Shown here: positions 35,667 through 40,934 of the stretch, in pieces
Numbering within the stretch: the first letter of the stretch is position 1
How the letters are laid out: the number at the start of each line of letters is the position of its first letter
NCBI RefSeq assembly: GCF_001194135.2
Contig: NC_068981.1
Coordinates: forward strand, 174,407,916 to 174,448,849
Source: Octopus bimaculoides
Taxonomy: Eukaryota
Reading direction: 5' to 3'
DNA: 40,934 nucleotides
Made by a program: the position numbers and the translations under genes
Notes under the pieces: model-generated
The model's database searches: none
What the model saw: the letters and a program-made list of their open reading frames with translations, nothing else
What the model was told of the DNA's origin: nothing

Positions 35667-36544
35667 ATTCTTATATTTTGCTATATTTATTCTTCACACA
35701 ATCGCCACTCCCACCAAGAGAAAGTAGTACAGGATTTCTTAAGATTATAGTATTTGCGCAGTAACAAGAAATATCAAATTGACAAATTACTTATTTATTA
35801 TTATTTTGAAGAAGGATATAGGATGGAAAATAAGATATAGTAAATCTCCTCCATATTCCTGAATATGACTGTCAGTGATTGTTTAGAATTTATTCTTTGT
35901 GTTTTGCGTATAATGTTTATCAGTTACCGAAAAAAAAAAAGAAAAAAAGAACTACCAAAACTATCAAATAGTTTTGGATATAAATCATAGTTTCTGAGGA
36001 CATTTTGTACAAAACGAAACGAAAAGGAAAAAGAATTACTGACTAGTACTGATTCACTTGTATGCATTATTTATGAATGTTAATTTTTGAGACATGATCA
36101 CATAAGAACAAAAGAGAAGGAATAAGAAAGAAAAAAATGAAAATAAAAACGAAACCCAGCAAGAAAAGAGCAGGAAACTATAGGAATAGTTCATTCTCTA
36201 TGAAATACGCTACGTATAATTTATGCTGTTCGGAATATATTTGTCCCCATAGTTTTCTATTCTCCCCCAACTAAAGCAAAGCGATGTTTACGTTTACAAA
36301 CGGCAATATAAAATAAACTATTACTACAAATTTGTATGGCGAAAGAGGACCATTTTCGAATAACAGAAGAAGGTAGCTATTAAGAAACGTACTGATATAT
36401 AATATATATACATGTACTGATTACGCGAACACACATGTACACACATGTACACGCACGCACACACACACATGTATGTATGTATAGAGAAATGCAACAAAGT
36501 AAATGTGATAGTATTTGTCGCATGGACGAATGAATTATGATCGA

Positions 36545-36596
<52 letters not shown>

Positions 36597-37750
36597 ATGT
36601 GTGTATTTATATATATGTACCTGAAACACGATAGCACAAAGTGCAAAATGAACAGCTATCAGGAAGTTTGTTTCTTTGACATTACAACATTAATCTACAT
36701 TAGTAGTTCCTAAACTTGTTCAGTTTTATTCCTGTTTATAGTCTTACAGGTTCAAATTGCACCAATATAAAATTGCATATTATACCAAATACAAATGCAC
36801 AATACAACTCTAATCCAATTGCAATATACAAATGGACTCTTAATGCAAAGGATAAAATTGTTTTGCCAATGCCATATTTTGGATATGTGATTTAGTTGTT
36901 GACCGAGCGATGCTCATGTCTGGGTTTGGAATCAGCCGGTTTCTAACCACGATCTTGACTTGGTATTTTCTTTGGAACCCTAGTTCACTTACGTAAGTTG
37001 TGAGCAATGGAAATAGTACGTCACTACTCCGAGTTAGAAAATATTAATCTTAACTGAGACGACGATGATCCGAGAATTTTTTCGTTGCGCAGAGTAAGCG
37101 AACGCATTCATTTCAGAAGTTAAGCGCATGAACGACTTGTGAAAAAAAAAGAAGTTTTTTCCGGCTCTTCTGTTGCAACAGAGATGTTCTCTATAACTAA
37201 TTGCTATTCAGAAACTCAATCTAAGCCATGTCTATGAGATGACATTTTACTTCAGTATGCACAAAAGTTACACATGGTCAGATCCAAAGTTTTTACGAAG
37301 CACTCTGAGCAAAGAAGTCTTAAGTGCTCAGAGTTTAATAAAATTGGTTACTAGCACAACACAGATCATTAAATGAGTGAGAAAAATTCTTGTCTATGAT
37401 ACATTGTCGGTGAATGATGTAACATTCGACAGTAATTTAAAGTTTCTTCTCTATCAATTTAACAAAACGAATTTTACATCGTTTGTTGACTTACCCCTTT
37501 CCTTCAAATATATCCTACCTTTTTCCTCCATTGAGTACAAAATATTGTCGTTGAATAATGGATATTTTGGGATCAAGTACTCGGGTGCCCACTGTCCTGG
37601 AAAGAACTCTGGGGCACTTATCAGGGAATACTTGTCTGCCTTTTACATACTATCGCTGACCTCTTGTCTACCCCAGATATATGAAAATATGGAGCAAAGT
37701 AGAAGACCCATCATAAAAACAGCGTGGGGAAGCTCTCTGCACCTAGAAGC

Positions 37751-37816
37751 ACACTTGACCAGATGGCTTGGGACCACATTTGACCAGATGGCCTGGGACC
37801 ACATTTGACCAGATGG
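37751..37816. repeat. 25-bp tandem repeat (ACA(C/T)TTGACCAGATGGC(T/C)TGGGACC) x2.6
   Basis: TTGACCAGATGG recurs at 37755, 37780 and 37805. Confidence 0.9.
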
Positions 37817-38559
37817 AGGTCCTTGTAGCAATTGCTACAAGGACTGAATTGCAAAGAGTTAAGGCTAACAAACACCAGTCACCACCAAGGGTATCAGATC
37901 CCTAAGGAATAGCGATAAGACTCCTAAGACGAAATCAATGGCAGATGATCCGTTTTCTATAGTGCATCCAGGCTCAGACTGAGAAATGGAGGTCTCCTAG
38001 AGGAGATAGCATTGACATCACTCCGACCAGAGATGTTCCAGCACTTTAGGAAATAAAAAATCAACCACTGTGGTCGTGTTCACAGAGCTCTGGGAGGAAA
38101 GAATTGACATTTTCCACCAGCTGAAGAAAACCAAATATTAAGACTTAGTTACTAAGGCCCTTGTCAAGTGGGCTGTTGCGGCTTTCCAGATAGATCGGTG
38201 CGCTATTTTCAAACAACCAAAGAAAGCTAAGCTGGTAAGAATGTAAGCTGAAGCCAGCTCAAGTTGGTTGTGGTTGATAAAAGACTTCAAGTAGAACCCT
38301 TCTACAGGCGAAGACAAATTCATTCATTGCTGATCTACTCAGATGAAGCTCTGATCACCTCCTACAGTTTCTGCGTGGGGTAAAACGCCTCTAATTGTAA
38401 TTTATATATATATATATATATATATATATNNNNNNNNNNNNNNNNNNNNNNNNNNNNNAATAAATAGATTTCATAACATTTATCAAGACCTTTTCTTGAT
38501 AAATGTTAAACTTACTGCGCTTGAAAGCACTATATATCGGAGAGATAACAAGTAATAAT

Positions 38560-38746
38560 TTGCAAGCCACTGTCATCAAGCAGAGAAAGAGGTTATATTA
38601 TCCCTGCTCCTATGGCATTCCTACTATATCTCGGGACTCAGGGCTGGATATTAGAGATCTGAACACAGCAATGCAGGACCGTGCAGTGTGGAAAGGGATT
38701 GTCAATGGAGTTCCGACCAACCATAGGTTGGTTGAAGGATGATGAT
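38560..38746 (+). mobile_element. 3' end of an RTE/RTEX-like LINE
   Basis: ISRDSGLDIRDLNTAMQDRAVWKGIV resembles the C-terminal ISRDTG..DL..AMxDR..W motif of RTE-group ORFs; followed by a short GATGATGAT tail. Confidence 0.6.
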
Positions 38747-39711
38747 AAATAAGACCTAAATTTTTCAAACAATTCGTTTAGCTCATATTTTTATAGAAGT
38801 TTCTCTTGTTTACTACTTAATGGAGAAGTTATATTTACTGCTATCTGCTTGGAGATAATTTACAAACAAACAGAGTTTACCACCTCGATTTAAGCATTTT
38901 TGACCATGTGCAACGGACACTATTAGTTATAGGATAAAAATAATGGTATTCTTAGTCTTGATAATCCGAAACCGTATCGGCTCACTCAAATTACAATTTA
39001 TCTAGCTGTTAATTTAATATCGGGATATTTTTGCTACCCAATCTCCTATTAAATTCGTATTTATCTTTCATATTCGACCCACCAGTGTCTCAAGTCTTTT
39101 CTGTGTATTTAGTTAGAATATGGCTATACGGAAATCTCCTATGGTGTCTTGTTAAATAAGCGTCATTAGGTTGTATTCATCATGCTCGGCCAATTGGAGA
39201 CAATCTGTCGTTATCATTTTCAATAGTTTAATTTCTCTCACAGCATATTTCGGAAAACGTGACATACGAGTGTCTAGTTAGCATTTATTTTATCGTTTTA
39301 TTTTATTTGTGTTTATGGATTTCTATATTGACTTTTATTGCAAGAAAATTCAGCTCAATACAAGTAGTCTCATTTGTACACTGAAACCATAACACTTAAT
39401 AGTTGATTGTGCAGAGTTAAGAAAAGAAAAATGACAAAGGAGTTTTGAAATAATAGAGGATTAATTCGCCATGCAGAATGATCTCAGCACCTCACCACCC
39501 TGAAAAACAAACAAACAAAAGTAAAAAAAACAAAACAAACAAACAAAAAACCCAAAGCAAATTCAAAACAAAAATAACTGATTTGTGACGAAAGGAATAA
39601 CGTATCCGTGACGGCAAAAATGAGATTACATAAGTTGGTGAATCGACGCTTAGGCACCTAACCAAAACGTCAATCGGGAAAGTTAAACAATATAACAACC
39701 ATCATCGGCAA

Positions 39712-39712
<1 letters not shown>

Positions 39713-39744
<32 letters not shown>

Positions 39745-39870
39745 GACTACTACTACTACTACTACTACTACTGCTGCTGCCGCTGCCGCTGCCACTGTTG
39801 CTGCTGCTACTGCTGCTGCTGCTGTTGCTACTACTACTACTACTACTACTACTACTGTTGTTGCTACTCT
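39713..39870. repeat. Compound (TAC)n/(TGC)n trinucleotide repeat
   Basis: TAC runs flank a TGC/CGC block. Confidence 0.93.
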
Positions 39871-39922
39871 TGTAATTGTTGTTCTAATTTTTGTTAACTG
39901 ACTTTTTACTTTTTCCCGAACT

Positions 39923-39924
<2 letters not shown>

Positions 39925-39985
<61 letters not shown>

Positions 39986-40058
39986 CAGAGAGAGATAGAT
40001 AGATAGATAGATAGAGAGAGAGACAGAGAGAGAGACAGAGAGAGAGAAAGAGAGAGAA
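39925..40058. repeat. (AG)n/(ATAG)n compound microsatellite
   Basis: AG run with ATAG and ACAG interruptions. Confidence 0.95.
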
Positions 40059-40750
40059 GTTTAGGCACGAAATTTAGACTGGTCAAAACTATAGTGTGTA
40101 TCGCATGAGGTAGAAGCTGTCGCAGACACATCTGTTCGGGATAAGTGGATATTTACGCATCAAAAATCGTGCTACCAACGACAAGCGCCAATCTTTTTGC
40201 TAACACCATAGAAAATCGTAATAACTGCATTTAGTAGAGATTTACACCGAAATTTATCAATGCAGTTCCCCTTTATCAATGCGGGTCCTTTCTTAGCAAT
40301 TGTTCCTCCTGTTTTGCTACCATTTCTGGTCGACATCTGCCAAGGGGTTAGGGAACAAGTCTTGCTAATATTCTGCGTCATGCCAAATTAGACAGAAAGT
40401 AAATGAGTGAAGTTCAATTATCTTATACCTGTGGAAGGACAAACGTTCTGTTTCCCCGACAAATTTTCGTATAGCCCTTTGTAAATATTCCCGCAAAAGT
40501 CCCCTATTCCGTTGGGATATATGTCTTTTAAAATGTATGTAAATTGTGATATTTTGATGGCTTTTATGTGTCATTATGCTACTTGTTCATGTGATGTAGA
40601 TGTGCGATATTTGAAAATTTATTCATGTGGCTCAATTATTTTCGTTGCTGTGAGTTAATGGTTTCTTATATTGTTTGTTGTGAGATGGTAACCTAATTGT
40701 TAGTATGTGTGGTGTGAATAGTAGTAGTAGTAGCAGCAGCAGCAGCAGTT

Positions 40751-40934
40751 GGAGTGGGTATGTGGTAAGTAGCTTGCTTACCAACCACATGGTCCCGGGT
40801 TCAGTCCCACTACGTGGCACCTTGGGTAAGTGTCTTCTACTATAGCTTCGGGTCGACCAAAGCCTAGTGAGTGGATTTGGTAGACAGAAACTGGAAGAAG
40901 CCCGTCGTATATATATATATATATATATATATAT
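40751..40934 (+). mobile_element. tRNA-derived SINE family A (CORE-like), truncated by the window end within its internal (TA)n
   Basis: GTGGTAAGTAGCTTGC head, GGGTTCAGTCCC B box, GGCACCTTGGGTAAGTGTCTTCTAC, GAAGCCCGTCG. Confidence 0.9.

Noticed and set aside
37568-37630. Possible HDV-like ribozyme (P1 starting with G-U) at a putative RTE 5' end
   Set aside because: The enclosed segment lacks the P3/L3 (UCC) motif and there is no GG for P1.1 after the 3' strand.
37751-37844. CRISPR-like direct repeats
   Set aside because: The units are contiguous with no unique spacers, there are no cas genes, and the context is eukaryotic.

Overview
AT-rich, microsatellite-dense eukaryotic genomic DNA with six N gaps, each flanked on at least one side by simple repeats. 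The repeat complement (several tRNA-headed SINE families, RTE and R4/Dong-like LINE relics, (TA)n/(AAT)n/(TAC)n tracts) looks to me like an octopus-type cephalopod genome; this is an inference, not a database result. I found no intact host protein-coding gene, true tRNA, rRNA or CRISPR array, so the window reads as intergenic or intronic. Recognisable content is decayed mobile elements, read by manual translation across stops and frameshifts: (1) three consecutive R4/Dong-like RLE retrotransposon relics at 0.9-3.5 kb, separated by (AAT)/(AAC) tracts; (2) a full-length Tc1-family element with DD36E catalytic spacing at 7.5-8.7 kb; (3) a Chapaev3-like transposase relic at 18.2-19.4 kb; (4) a gag-like ORF1 relic near 22 kb; (5) hAT-like fragments; (6) a deleted RTE at 29-30.5 kb; (7) a mariner derivative built from two converging 5' halves at 33.7-34.5 kb; (8) about 20 SINE-like copies of four families, labelled A-D here for convenience. 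I see no evidence for a wholly new biological system. The most notable items are the DD36E element, the fold-back mariner and the microsatellite-associated RLE cluster.
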